DNA of 64,000 nt from the IMG/VR virus record IMGVR_UViG_3300045988_179014, positions 192,001 through 256,000 of that record. One strand, written 5' to 3'. The DNA is from a virus. Positions 39,440 to 49,025 of this stretch are shown here, piece after piece (the stretch's first letter is position 1; each line of letters starts with the position of its first letter). Both the position numbers and the translations under genes were made by a program. The notes under the pieces are model-generated. The model was not told the origin of the DNA and ran no database searches. It saw nothing but the letters and a program-made list of their open reading frames with translations.

Positions 39440-40642
39440 TCAATCCACGTTTTTCAGTTTCAACAATGCTGTCAAAGTCATTTCCGCATCTGCTAAAGCT
39501 CTATGCGCTCCTGTATAGGACTGTCCTGATGCTTCCACCAATGATTTGTTGGTGTTGTCAGGTGTTTCGGGCAGGAAGAATGTACTGACCATGCGAGTGT
39601 CCAATACTTCCAGCCCATTCGCTTGTAATGCATTGAAACCGAAAAGATTGTGCTGCAACTGTCCAATTTCAAATTTGGCATTATGCGCCACCATGACAGA
39701 ATCACTCAACATGGACAACACCTTGGTTTGCTTTTCTGGGTCATTCACGAAAACTTCTTTGTCTTTAATCTCATCCCATGAAATATGATGAACATGCTCA
39801 GCACCAGTACCATGAACTTTGGCGAAGTCTTGAGGAACTCCACTCATGAATGACATGGTTTCAACACGACCATCTGGATAACGTTTGACAATACCTACTT
39901 CAATGATGTTTGAATATGGACCTTTGTCAACATATCCACTCTCTTGAGAAGCGGCAACCTCCAAATCAATTGATACCAAAGGTTTATCTGTTCTCAAAGA
40001 CATATTGGCCCACATATGACGGTATGCCTCAGTGCGGGTCATTCCAGTTGCCATCAAATCATCAACTTGTTTCTTCACGTCTTCAGTTGACATGCCTGAA
40101 TACGAGGAAATCACTTGATTCGCGTCGGCCTCGTTTTCAGATGTGATATCAGGGTGGAAATTGTAAGGACCGTTCTTCTTCTTTTGTTGCCGTTTCCAAT
40201 CCTCAAATTTTGCTTGATTCAATGCTTTCTGGTCATCTCTTCGTTGTTGCAATTGGGCTCGTTCTTCAGAAGACATGTATCTTTCAGCTTCACGTTCTTT
40301 AGCTGTAGCCAAGAAATTCAATTGTTTGGCTTTTTGCACCGTCTGGAACCAACGAACACTGGCCAGAGCTTCTGGATTACCTTCAGCGGTTTTCAGTTCG
40401 TTGGCCAGTTTCCACATATTCCTTTTTGCAGCCCGAGATTTCAGAAACAACTCCTCTATTCGTTCAGCATTTGATGTTGAGGACTTGGACATTGTGTTCA
40501 CTACTTGATTGGACATTCTACGTTCATATGCGTCACGTGCTTCAGCTATAGAGTTGTAGTGGAACTCATCAGAATATGGGCATTGTCGTTTAGCAGAGCA
40601 ACGATTTACAACACCATTTTGAGGGTTTAAATGAAATAACAT
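39440..40642 (-). CDS. HCCH-like N-terminal module fused to a DnaQ/epsilon-like DEDDh 3'-5' exonuclease
   Basis: N-terminus LFHLNPQNGVVNRCSAKRQCPYSDEFHY..EARDAYE. C-terminus VSIDLEVAAS (Exo I), HNAKFEIGQL (Exo II), HRALADAEM (Exo III). Confidence 0.6.
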   Translation of the reverse strand: MLFHLNPQNGVVNRCSAKRQCPYSDEFHYNSIAEARDAYERRMSNQVVNTMSKSSTSNAERIEELFLKSRAAKRNMWKLANELKTAEGNPEALASVRWFQTVQKAKQLNFLATAKEREAERYMSSEERAQLQQRRDDQKALNQAKFEDWKRQQKKKNGPYNFHPDITSENEADANQVISSYSGMSTEDVKKQVDDLMATGMTRTEAYRHMWANMSLRTDKPLVSIDLEVAASQESGYVDKGPYSNIIEVGIVKRYPDGRVETMSFMSGVPQDFAKVHGTGAEHVHHISWDEIKDKEVFVNDPEKQTKVLSMLSDSVMVAHNAKFEIGQLQHNLFGFNALQANGLEVLDTRMVSTFFLPETPDNTNKSLVEASGQSYTGAHRALADAEMTLTALLKLKNVD

Positions 40643-41051
40643 GCCATCCTCCTATTTCAATCTTACATAGTTTGTATCTAACGATTCAACTACTCATGAT
40701 TCTTTCAAGAAGTACAGTTAACCGTGATTCTGACTGATAGTGAAATCGTAGCACGCAAACGAGCAATGTTGACTACAAAATAATATTGCGTTTCCTATTA
40801 TGCCCAAACCATCCTGAAATGACTCCAATGAATGCGTGAATATGCAATTATATTTCGAATTATGGAAAGCACAAACCAAGCTCCTAGAAGTGTTTTGAGC
40901 GTGATTTTGAAGGTATCACGAAGAAGCATTTCACGTAAAACTTCTTGAAAACACGAAAAACGCCCCCGAATAGGCTTGGTAGAATCTGGGCTATTCAAGG
41001 GGCGCTACAGAAAGCGATTTTATGGTTTTCTCATACACTCATTTTATGGTT

Positions 41052-42095
41052 TCATTCCTCCATACCTTGAACATAATCGTAATAAGTCTCTGCGGCTACT
41101 GACAGCTCAGCTTGATAACGATTTTCCAGATTTGATTTGACATCGTACTGTAAAGCTTCATATCCCTTGAATGCTCCAAGAAAAGCTCCGCCAACAGCTG
41201 CTAAACTATCAGAATCACCATTGGTCCACACCAACCGTTGAATCCCTTTGTAGATGCTTCTAGAGCTGTATGCTGCAACAGCAATAATGGCGTTGTACAA
41301 TGTCTCATCCGCTACCCAACCTTCCCCAAAGAAAGAGGTCATGTCGGCTTGTGTGGGAGCATCCAGAAAATCATCCCATTTGAGGCCAAGTTGAGACAGC
41401 CCATCTCTTAGATGCTGAACACCATCTTGAGCATCCTGAACCAAATTACTAGGCATCTTGGCAATTTCGCTCAACACCAACTTGGCATAATGAATGAACT
41501 TTGGCCCAAGAACGTTTTCACTGTCCATATTGAGCAGGTCTCTGGTGAGAAGTGCTGCAAGAGCAGACGCAATCCAACCCACATGACTTCCATGAGTTGT
41601 CTGGGCTTGGATGATAGCAAGGTATACGACTGTTTCGCGGTTATACGGCAATGCTCCAAACCAAGGAGCCCGCATTACTGTTCCACAACCATTGCTATTG
41701 TTGGTTGCTCCCTCCATACCAGTAGATACATTACGAGTATTAAGATATGTTCCCAATGCTCGCATGCATGTCATACCAGGAGCGCGGTTATTCTCAAGGT
41801 CATAGTAGAAATCCACATGATGTGACGCAAAAATCATACGAATCTGGTTTTGCAAGTCCACATTCTGACCTAGTTCTTTCAAATCATCTGATGAATACCG
41901 TTTCATCATGTCTTTGATTGCGGCCAGATTGTATAGACTCATCTGTGTGTCATCAGAAACACGAAGAACATGTGGAGGTTTCACCTTGTTGCGTACAATT
42001 TGTGGATATTGCATGAACTCAGTAACATATCCCCATGCATCACCAAATGCAAACCCATATATCATACCGTCAATTTTGTTCTGGGAAATAACCAT
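41052..42095 (-). CDS. ADP-ribosylglycohydrolase (ARH/DraG/Tri1 family)
   Basis: GMIYGFAFGDAWGY and VSDDTQMS motifs; ~347 aa. Confidence 0.7.
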   Translation of the reverse strand: MVISQNKIDGMIYGFAFGDAWGYVTEFMQYPQIVRNKVKPPHVLRVSDDTQMSLYNLAAIKDMMKRYSSDDLKELGQNVDLQNQIRMIFASHHVDFYYDLENNRAPGMTCMRALGTYLNTRNVSTGMEGATNNSNGCGTVMRAPWFGALPYNRETVVYLAIIQAQTTHGSHVGWIASALAALLTRDLLNMDSENVLGPKFIHYAKLVLSEIAKMPSNLVQDAQDGVQHLRDGLSQLGLKWDDFLDAPTQADMTSFFGEGWVADETLYNAIIAVAAYSSRSIYKGIQRLVWTNGDSDSLAAVGGAFLGAFKGYEALQYDVKSNLENRYQAELSVAAETYYDYVQGMEE

Positions 42096-42226
42096 ATATT
42101 CTCGCTTTCTGTAGACTCCTCATCTGTTCAAATACTAAAACACGATTTTTGAGAGATTGGGTTCTTGTCTCTTGTTGCTGTGTATAGTATTGTCAATTAT
42201 GAGACTTGTACACCATTCATCAATGT

Positions 42227-42406
42227 TCAAGAAACCACTTTACCATCATCATCGAACTGAACCGCATGTTCTACTGGACGGGGAAGGTCTGCATGACGTT
42301 CAGGTCGTAACGCCATAGTCTCCAAATTGGCGTCAGTTGTGTCCTTGCTTCCACTTGTGTTAGGATGTTCCACGTTGAGGATGTTGTCAATCGGATTATT
42401 AGTCAT
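42227..42406 (-). CDS. Small ORF (59 aa) between the ART triplet and the ARH, with strong Shine-Dalgarno
   Basis: Read directly from the DNA: AAAGGAG, 7 nt, then ATG ACT AAT AAT CCG ... TGA. Just below the 60-aa threshold of the ORF track. Confidence 0.35.
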   Translation of the reverse strand: MTNNPIDNILNVEHPNTSGSKDTTDANLETMALRPERHADLPRPVEHAVQFDDDGKVVS

Positions 42407-42465
42407 TGAATACTCCTTTAGTTATTTATTGGCTTTTCAACTTTACCATGTTGTTTAATCTTGTG

Positions 42466-43707
42466 TCAAGCTTGTTCATCATTATCCGAAATAGACTTAC
42501 TTGGTATAGGGTCGGTTTGGGTGAAGGAATTAGTCCCATCCAAGATTTCGCCTTTGTCATTAATAGCGACCAACTGAACTATTGTTGTTGTGCCTTTGTC
42601 ATCTTCTGAACATTTGACATTTTTGTGCACACCAACAACCACGTAACGTGCTCGTCTTGGGAGAACCACTTCACGTTCACGTTCATATAGACTGACGTCA
42701 GTAACATTTACTCCTTCAGGTGTTAAAATCTCGTAAATCAAACCATCTTCGTACTCTGAATATTTATGTGCAACATCAAAAGATAAACTAGCGGATTGGT
42801 ACCCATCAAACACAACCTCTTTCCCCAAAGGCATGTTCTGGTCTACCCAATTACTGACACTACCTGCTTCATCGAATACAGAAGAATCCGCCTTCTTTCC
42901 GCGATAAAGAATTCGTTGTCTTTTAGGACCACGACTTAACGCATCATCCAAGACGCTACATATTTTGTCTATTGTTTCTTTGGTGCGAAACTTGGGCGAA
43001 ACACTAAACCCTGACAGATGAATGTTTTGTTGGTTATCTTCGTCGAATATTCCATACCCTTCTTCAGCAAATTTCTTATACGACTCATCCGGTTCTGGCA
43101 ATTCAGTATTTCTGCCATATAGAATGTTGTTGAACCACTCATAACTGTTAGAAGTGAAAAATCTGGCGGCTAATTTCTCATTCACACTTAATTTACGTAA
43201 TTCAATCTCTGATAACTTGCGTATAGTGCGAACTGGTAGCCCAATTGGTTGGTATTCATTTGGATTCTCATGCGGATTTTGAAAACCAAAAACTGAATAA
43301 GACTCTTCATTCAAATTATTGTAATTGATGATACCTCTCACATAATGAGGTGCCAAATATCCTGCTTTCACCAAATTACCACTCTGTTTTTGATAAGTAA
43401 TATTGAGCGATTCGTCTGTATAGACTTTTTTGTATAGTCTCACACGAGCCTTCCCAGCCAACTCGGCCAGTCTCTTATCATCGTAGTTATCAAAGTTGAA
43501 CTCGACAGCAGAGTATATATTTTTCATCTTTGGTGTAGATGTATTATCAGGAGCAGAAACACTACTCCTTGTTGAAGCAAGGATTGTTTCCGAAACTGAT
43601 GCAGCTTTTTTAGCGGCATAAGCTGCTCTCCGGCGAGCGTTCCGAGCTGCAATAGCTACTGGGTCTCTATGTGATGGACAACGACGTATTGAAGCTAAAC
43701 GACACAT
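42466..43707 (-). CDS. Mono-ADP-ribosyltransferase (C2/C3/iota/VIP2-like R-S-E class), paralog 3
   Basis: ILYRGK (Arg motif), GYQSAS (STS-like), EREVVLPRRARY (ExE + EVLLPR-like ARTT region). Shares the N-terminal leader MCRLASIRRCPSH.DPVAIAARNARRRAAYAAKKA. Confidence 0.65.
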   Translation of the reverse strand: MCRLASIRRCPSHRDPVAIAARNARRRAAYAAKKAASVSETILASTRSSVSAPDNTSTPKMKNIYSAVEFNFDNYDDKRLAELAGKARVRLYKKVYTDESLNITYQKQSGNLVKAGYLAPHYVRGIINYNNLNEESYSVFGFQNPHENPNEYQPIGLPVRTIRKLSEIELRKLSVNEKLAARFFTSNSYEWFNNILYGRNTELPEPDESYKKFAEEGYGIFDEDNQQNIHLSGFSVSPKFRTKETIDKICSVLDDALSRGPKRQRILYRGKKADSSVFDEAGSVSNWVDQNMPLGKEVVFDGYQSASLSFDVAHKYSEYEDGLIYEILTPEGVNVTDVSLYEREREVVLPRRARYVVVGVHKNVKCSEDDKGTTTIVQLVAINDKGEILDGTNSFTQTDPIPSKSISDNDEQA

Positions 43708-43713
43708 GTAACA

Positions 43714-44940
43714 TTACTCCCTGTTCTCAAACGGGTCGGTTTTTGGAGAGGCATTTGTTCCATCCAAGATTTCACCTTTCTCATTAATGGCCACCAACTG
43801 AACTATGGTTGTCATACCTTCGTAATCTCCTGGACATTTGACATTTTTGTGTACACCAACAACCACATAACGTGCTTGTCTTGGAAGAACTACTTCACGC
43901 TCGTTTTCATATTTACTAACGTTGGTAACATTTATTCCTTCAGGCGTTAAAATCTCATAAATCAAACCAGAACTACCTGAATATTCACATGCAACATCAA
44001 AAGATTGACTAGCAGATTGGTAGCCATCAAATACAACCTCTTTCCCCAAAGGCATATTCTGGTCCACCCAGTTACTAACGCCACCAGCCTTATTAAAGAT
44101 TGAGGAAAAACCTGGCTTTCCACGATAAAGAATTCGTTGTCTTTTAGGACCACGACTTAACGCATCATCCAAGACACTACATATTTTCTGCACTGTCTCT
44201 TCTGTACGGTATTCAGGCGGAATACTAAAATTTGATGCATAAGCGTCTTCTTGGTTGTCTTCGTCGAATATTCCATACCCTTCTTCAGCAAATTTCTTAT
44301 ACGATTTATCGGGTTTTGGCAATTTAGTATTTTTCCCATATAGAATACTGTTGAACCAATCATAATTGGTAGAAGTGAAAAATCTAGCAGCCAATAATTC
44401 ACTCACATTTAATGCATCCAACTCAACTGCTGACAAATCACACACAGTATGAACTGGTAACTCAATTGGTTGGTACCCATCTGGATTCTCATGCGGATTT
44501 TGAAAACCAAAAATTGAGTAAGACTCTTCATCCAAATTATTGTAATTGATAACGCCTCTCACATAACGAGGAGCCAAATATCCTGCATTCACCAAGTTGC
44601 CGCTCTGCTTCTGATAAGTAATATTGAGCGACTCATCTGTATCGACTTTTTTGTATAGTCTCACACGAGCTTTACCCTCCAATCCAGCCAGTCTCCCATC
44701 ATCATATTCATCAAAATCAAACTTGACAGCAGAGTATATATTTTTCATCTTTGGAGCAGGTGTATTATCAGGAACAGAAACATTGCCACTTGTTGGGGCA
44801 ACATTTGTTTCCGAAACTGATGCGGCTTTTAGCGCAGCCTTTTTCGCAGCATAAGCGGCTCTTCTCCGGGCGTTACGCGCCGCAATAGCCACTGGGTCAC
44901 TATGAGATGGACAACGGCGAATAGAAGCTAAACGACACAT
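43714..44940 (-). CDS. Mono-ADP-ribosyltransferase, paralog 2
   Basis: RILYRGK, GYQSASQSF, ENEREVVLPRQARY; N-terminal leader nearly identical to paralog 3. Confidence 0.65.
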   Translation of the reverse strand: MCRLASIRRCPSHSDPVAIAARNARRRAAYAAKKAALKAASVSETNVAPTSGNVSVPDNTPAPKMKNIYSAVKFDFDEYDDGRLAGLEGKARVRLYKKVDTDESLNITYQKQSGNLVNAGYLAPRYVRGVINYNNLDEESYSIFGFQNPHENPDGYQPIELPVHTVCDLSAVELDALNVSELLAARFFTSTNYDWFNSILYGKNTKLPKPDKSYKKFAEEGYGIFDEDNQEDAYASNFSIPPEYRTEETVQKICSVLDDALSRGPKRQRILYRGKPGFSSIFNKAGGVSNWVDQNMPLGKEVVFDGYQSASQSFDVACEYSGSSGLIYEILTPEGINVTNVSKYENEREVVLPRQARYVVVGVHKNVKCPGDYEGMTTIVQLVAINEKGEILDGTNASPKTDPFENRE

Positions 44941-44942
44941 GT

Positions 44943-46064
44943 TTACTCCTTGTTCTCAAACGGGTCAGTTTTCGGAGAGGCATTCGTTCCATCAAGAATC
45001 TCTCCTTTATCATTGATGGCAACCAATTGAACTACGCTTATTGGCCCGCTACCGGATGAAGCCATTCGTAAATCATTGTGCACCCCAACCACCAAATAAC
45101 GAGATTGTCTTGGTAACAGAACTTCTTTCTCATCCAAGAAGTCGCTGATAGATGAAATGTTAACACCTTCAGGAGTCATGATTTCAAAAACAAGACCACC
45201 ATTAGAACCAACATATGTTTTGGCAACTTCTAAATCAACACTGGATGATTGGTACCCATCGAATTTAAGCTCTTTACCCAAAGCAATGTTTTCGCTCATC
45301 CACTTTTCTAGGCCTCCAGCTTGTCTGATGAATTTGCTTTCAGCATCTACACAGCGATAAACAATTCGATTAATTTTAGGACCTTTTTCAAGTGCGCTGT
45401 CCAAAACTTTACATGTGTTACGAACTGTTTCTTTTGTACGCATTTCAAGAGGAATGTTAAAACTCATGATATAGTGCACATCTGAATAATCATTAACGAA
45501 TTCAGTTTTGGCATTACCTTCCACAACCTCGACCAAACAAGTCTCATTACCATGAAGAGCCCCATTGAACCATTCGTATTCATTGGTTGTAAAAAACCGA
45601 GTCGCTACTTGTTCTGGTAGCGACAACTTAGTCACTTCCTGCTTAGACAACTCAATTACTCGATTTGCCGGAATTGTCCTTCGTGAAAAACATTGCCTTT
45701 TGAACGGCATCTTGCCAAATCCAAATTCCATGTAACTGTTTTCATCAATGTTTTTGTGATTGATAACACCATGAAAAGTTTTCTCAGCAAAATACCCCAA
45801 CTGCACTAATGCCCCATTGTATTTATCTAAAGTTAAGTTTAGTTTCTGGTTGTTTTCAGTTGATACAGACTTGAACAAGATGTCCCCAGATTCTCCTTGA
45901 AATTCACCATCGAATGTACGAGAAGCGACAATTCCTGAAGTATTTGACTCTTGTGAAGCTTTTTCTAGTTTTCTGGCATGATAACGTTCTCGTCTCCGGG
46001 CGTTCCGGGCTGCAATAGCTACTGGGTCACTATATGATGGGCAACGTCGATTTTTTCTACACAT
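44943..46064 (-). CDS. Mono-ADP-ribosyltransferase, paralog 1 (more diverged)
   Basis: RIVYRC, GYQSSS, DEKEVLLPRQSRY; N-terminus MCRKNRRCPSYSDPVAIAARNARRR. Confidence 0.6.
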   Translation of the reverse strand: MCRKNRRCPSYSDPVAIAARNARRRERYHARKLEKASQESNTSGIVASRTFDGEFQGESGDILFKSVSTENNQKLNLTLDKYNGALVQLGYFAEKTFHGVINHKNIDENSYMEFGFGKMPFKRQCFSRRTIPANRVIELSKQEVTKLSLPEQVATRFFTTNEYEWFNGALHGNETCLVEVVEGNAKTEFVNDYSDVHYIMSFNIPLEMRTKETVRNTCKVLDSALEKGPKINRIVYRCVDAESKFIRQAGGLEKWMSENIALGKELKFDGYQSSSVDLEVAKTYVGSNGGLVFEIMTPEGVNISSISDFLDEKEVLLPRQSRYLVVGVHNDLRMASSGSGPISVVQLVAINDKGEILDGTNASPKTDPFENKE

Positions 46065-46178
46065 ATGTTATATTCCTTGACTATCTGACTCGTCGTCCCC
46101 TATATATCGTTTTATCAGATAACCATAATCATGTCCACTAAAAACAATCAACTTGTCAACAAAACTTCATCAAACGAG

Positions 46179-46811
46179 TCAAATAATACGTTTTGTACTG
46201 TCATTCTTGTCAACAGTGTGCACATCCCCGCCAATGAATCCAATAGTGATGTGAAAATCCTTGGGCGGCAACCCTGCATTTCGTCGCCAAGCATTCATGA
46301 CAGGCGATTTGACCAATATGTACCAAGCTTCTTTTTCCCCATCTCTTACACTGCCAACCCCATCCAATGTGAAAGACATGGAAGTATCAACAGGCAATGA
46401 AACACCAGATTTACGAAGCTGTCTGGTTTCTTTGGGAGTTAACAAAGTCACGTGAAAATAATAACCACCATCGCGTTGTATTTTTGCTGTCTCCATGGCC
46501 TCTGCTGTTTCAGCTCCTACATGTTGCCGCCATGCTTGCAAATGCTCTTGTAAAAGAGTCTCAGAAACCTTGACACCAACATATGAGTTATATTTCAAAC
46601 CTTGTGCCACGTTTTTGAACTCAGTTTGTGGCAATCCAACCCGAACCGACTGTTTCCGTAAACGTTTCAACGGCTCTTGGCTATTGTGGTAGGCTTTTTC
46701 GGCATCTGACAAACTGTTGAAATGTTCACCCTTCTTGCGACAATTCCCTGGTTTGGCTATACATGGTTTAGGCCCGTCATCCGTCATATGGTACATGGTC
46801 CTATTCCTCAC
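46179..46811 (-). CDS. HCCH-like N-terminal module fused to a 2H phosphoesterase (LigT/CPDase-like)
   Basis: N-terminus MYHMTDDGPKPCIAKPGNC...HF. Two H-x-T-x motifs: FHVTL and FHITIG. Confidence 0.6.
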   Translation of the reverse strand: MRNRTMYHMTDDGPKPCIAKPGNCRKKGEHFNSLSDAEKAYHNSQEPLKRLRKQSVRVGLPQTEFKNVAQGLKYNSYVGVKVSETLLQEHLQAWRQHVGAETAEAMETAKIQRDGGYYFHVTLLTPKETRQLRKSGVSLPVDTSMSFTLDGVGSVRDGEKEAWYILVKSPVMNAWRRNAGLPPKDFHITIGFIGGDVHTVDKNDSTKRII

Positions 46812-47966
46812 TCAAATTTTTGTTCTACACACGGGTCCGATGTTTCCGTGTTTAAGAGGCTGTCCACAACGTATACAACAACCTGAATTCCAAACAGTGG
46901 TTACCGCAGGTTCAGGATATGAAGACACTGTGGAAGGGTCCTGTGGCTCAGTGTGTTCAACTGTTGAAACCAATAATCCTTCCCGTTGGAACATTTGTAT
47001 CACACGAGGACGGTCATCAATAGCACCAACTACAGCAAAACCTTCAGCTCGCAGTTTTTTCAACTGTTCTAGCTTGTATTCTGTATCAGTACGATAATCA
47101 TTCAACCGTTTCAGCAACAATTTACTAACCGGGGCATCAACACGTTCCAGAAAATTAATGGTCTCTTGTGCATAGTTATCCGTTCTTCCAGACAATGCAA
47201 CAATGTTTATACCTTCAGCTCGCATTTCACGAATCAGATTCAATACTTGTGTGTTAACTGGAGCATATTCAGCCGCTTTGTGGAACTTGTGAAAATTCTT
47301 CTTCTGCCCAGGAACACCAAAAGCCTCATTCATATCTTTTTGGTTGTGAGCCAATGTCCCATCCAAATCCACCAACATAATAGCATTCCCTATCATTGGA
47401 TAACGTTGAGACATTTCCTCATCAAATTTCGCTATCCGGTCCATGCCATCAGTGTGAAACGGAACCACTGACACTTTTCCAGATGTTTTGGAGACAATGT
47501 ATTCTTTCAAATGCCCCTTGTCATCATAAGCTTTCTGGGCCATAGCATCAATAACATGTTCTGGAACGCAACGCCCACCTTGTTGACCACGAACAATATT
47601 TCGCTGTTTACACACATCAACAGGAACATCAAAATACAACTGTTCAATCTCAGCATTGTAGATTGAGGCCAAATTGTGCAAATGTTCCACCACGTTACGA
47701 TTCAAATTGGTATCATCTGAGATAACATGTTTTCCAGCAGCCAATCCTTGACGAATCAACTCATCCTGCACTGCTGTTACCTGTTCTTCACATTTCTTGC
47801 GAGGCGATTGGTTATGATACTCGCTACCGAACAACGCAGTACGAATGTCATCACGATTCACACGAACAGTGTTTTCAGGGTCAGACGCAACCATTTGTTC
47901 TGCCTGAGTGCTTTTACCCGACCCTGGAAGCCCGTGCGTCATGGTGAAACGCGGATTACCGCTCAT
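46812..47966 (-). CDS. Polynucleotide 5'-kinase/3'-phosphatase (T4 Pnk-like) with C-terminal zinc-ribbon tail
   Basis: GLPGSGKST, VNRDDIR, ISDDTNLN (kinase); MLVDLDGTLA, ALSGR, AIDDRPRVIQMFQREG (HAD phosphatase). Collinear with T4 Pnk motifs. C-terminal CCIRCGQP...CRTK. Confidence 0.85.
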   Translation of the reverse strand: MSGNPRFTMTHGLPGSGKSTQAEQMVASDPENTVRVNRDDIRTALFGSEYHNQSPRKKCEEQVTAVQDELIRQGLAAGKHVISDDTNLNRNVVEHLHNLASIYNAEIEQLYFDVPVDVCKQRNIVRGQQGGRCVPEHVIDAMAQKAYDDKGHLKEYIVSKTSGKVSVVPFHTDGMDRIAKFDEEMSQRYPMIGNAIMLVDLDGTLAHNQKDMNEAFGVPGQKKNFHKFHKAAEYAPVNTQVLNLIREMRAEGINIVALSGRTDNYAQETINFLERVDAPVSKLLLKRLNDYRTDTEYKLEQLKKLRAEGFAVVGAIDDRPRVIQMFQREGLLVSTVEHTEPQDPSTVSSYPEPAVTTVWNSGCCIRCGQPLKHGNIGPVCRTKI

Positions 47967-48029
47967 ATTTATATCTCCTGGTTGTCTACAATTAGTAACA
48001 TATCAGGGTATCTTCCACACCATAGATTG

Positions 48030-48563
48030 TCAAGATTTAACAATCATTGGACGCCCATCAATACCTGTCCTAATACCTTGATGCTCATAATATTTGGCCC
48101 GTAACATTTCTGAAACAATCCGAGTGTTACGTACAGTAGCTTTTACCAGTTCTTTACTCTTGGTTCGCAGGAAAATCTTGCTTCGTTTCAACATTTTTCG
48201 ACGATATGCTTTCAAAGCCGCTATACGGTCACGTCTACGTTGCTGACGCACAATATTGCGAACATTGGGTGTGTAACGTTTTATGGCACGATAATTCATA
48301 ACAAAACGCACAGCAGCATTGTCCTCACCCAATTTCTCCATTTTTCTGTAATAACGTTGGATAGGTGATTGACCAATGTTACGTGCTACAACTTTTCCAA
48401 CCAGTTCGCCATATTCTTGGGTCATTTTGGCTTCATAAACCGCTTGGGCTTCTTGTTGATTGTCAAAATGCTTTCCACCTTGGGCAGCATATGGACATGT
48501 TCCTGCTACCACTTTGCACAGACGTGGTCCATCATTGGTTATATGATAAAGCCTCATACTCAT
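48030..48563 (-). CDS. HCCH-like N-terminal module fused to a basic Arg/Lys-rich C-terminus (possible nucleic-acid binding)
   Basis: N-terminus LYHITNDGPRLCKVVAGTCPYAAQGGKHF..EAQAVYE; C-terminus highly basic. Confidence 0.5.
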   Translation of the reverse strand: MSMRLYHITNDGPRLCKVVAGTCPYAAQGGKHFDNQQEAQAVYEAKMTQEYGELVGKVVARNIGQSPIQRYYRKMEKLGEDNAAVRFVMNYRAIKRYTPNVRNIVRQQRRRDRIAALKAYRRKMLKRSKIFLRTKSKELVKATVRNTRIVSEMLRAKYYEHQGIRTGIDGRPMIVKS

Positions 48564-48614
48564 AGCGGTTCTCCTCAGAATAGCCTGTTACCATTTCTAA
48601 CCGCTACCATCTAA

Positions 48615-48950
48615 TCAAATATGCAGTTTCTCCAACACTGAAACCCTCCATTGAAGAAAACTGAACACAGCTTTGTCCAAGTTCCCATCAGTTAAAGCAT
48701 ATACACTGTCTTGACCCATTTCCTCGTCTGTAACAGAAATGCTACCATCTGGCATTAAAAAGAACTCATTACCAAACAGTTCAAAAGTAATGCCATCTGG
48801 CTCCCATGTATTATTCATCTGTTTGGAGACAAGAGTTAATTCACTCAATAAATACAGTCTGAAAACACCATCAGAAGTCGTATTTTCAATAATGTCGCCT
48901 AAGTCTTGTAGCGCTGATACCAAATGTTCAAAAATCTTTGTTTTCATCAT
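48615..48950 (-). CDS. Hypothetical protein, 111 aa
   Basis: ORF track. Confidence 0.35.
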   Translation of the reverse strand: MMKTKIFEHLVSALQDLGDIIENTTSDGVFRLYLLSELTLVSKQMNNTWEPDGITFELFGNEFFLMPDGSISVTDEEMGQDSVYALTDGNLDKAVFSFLQWRVSVLEKLHI

Positions 48951-49025
48951 GCTCCTAATATCTAAAACAATCGGTTACACCAAGGTTTTCGTTCCTATCT
49001 CAATGTTAATAGGATAGTATTATGG

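Noticed and set aside
40643-41051. Small ORF 40798-40998 (-) and weak hairpins in the 410-bp spacer upstream of the HCCH-exonuclease gene
   Set aside because: There is no convincing RBS or motif. The stems are short (6 bp) with long loops. Probably a promoter/leader region rather than a gene or structured RNA.
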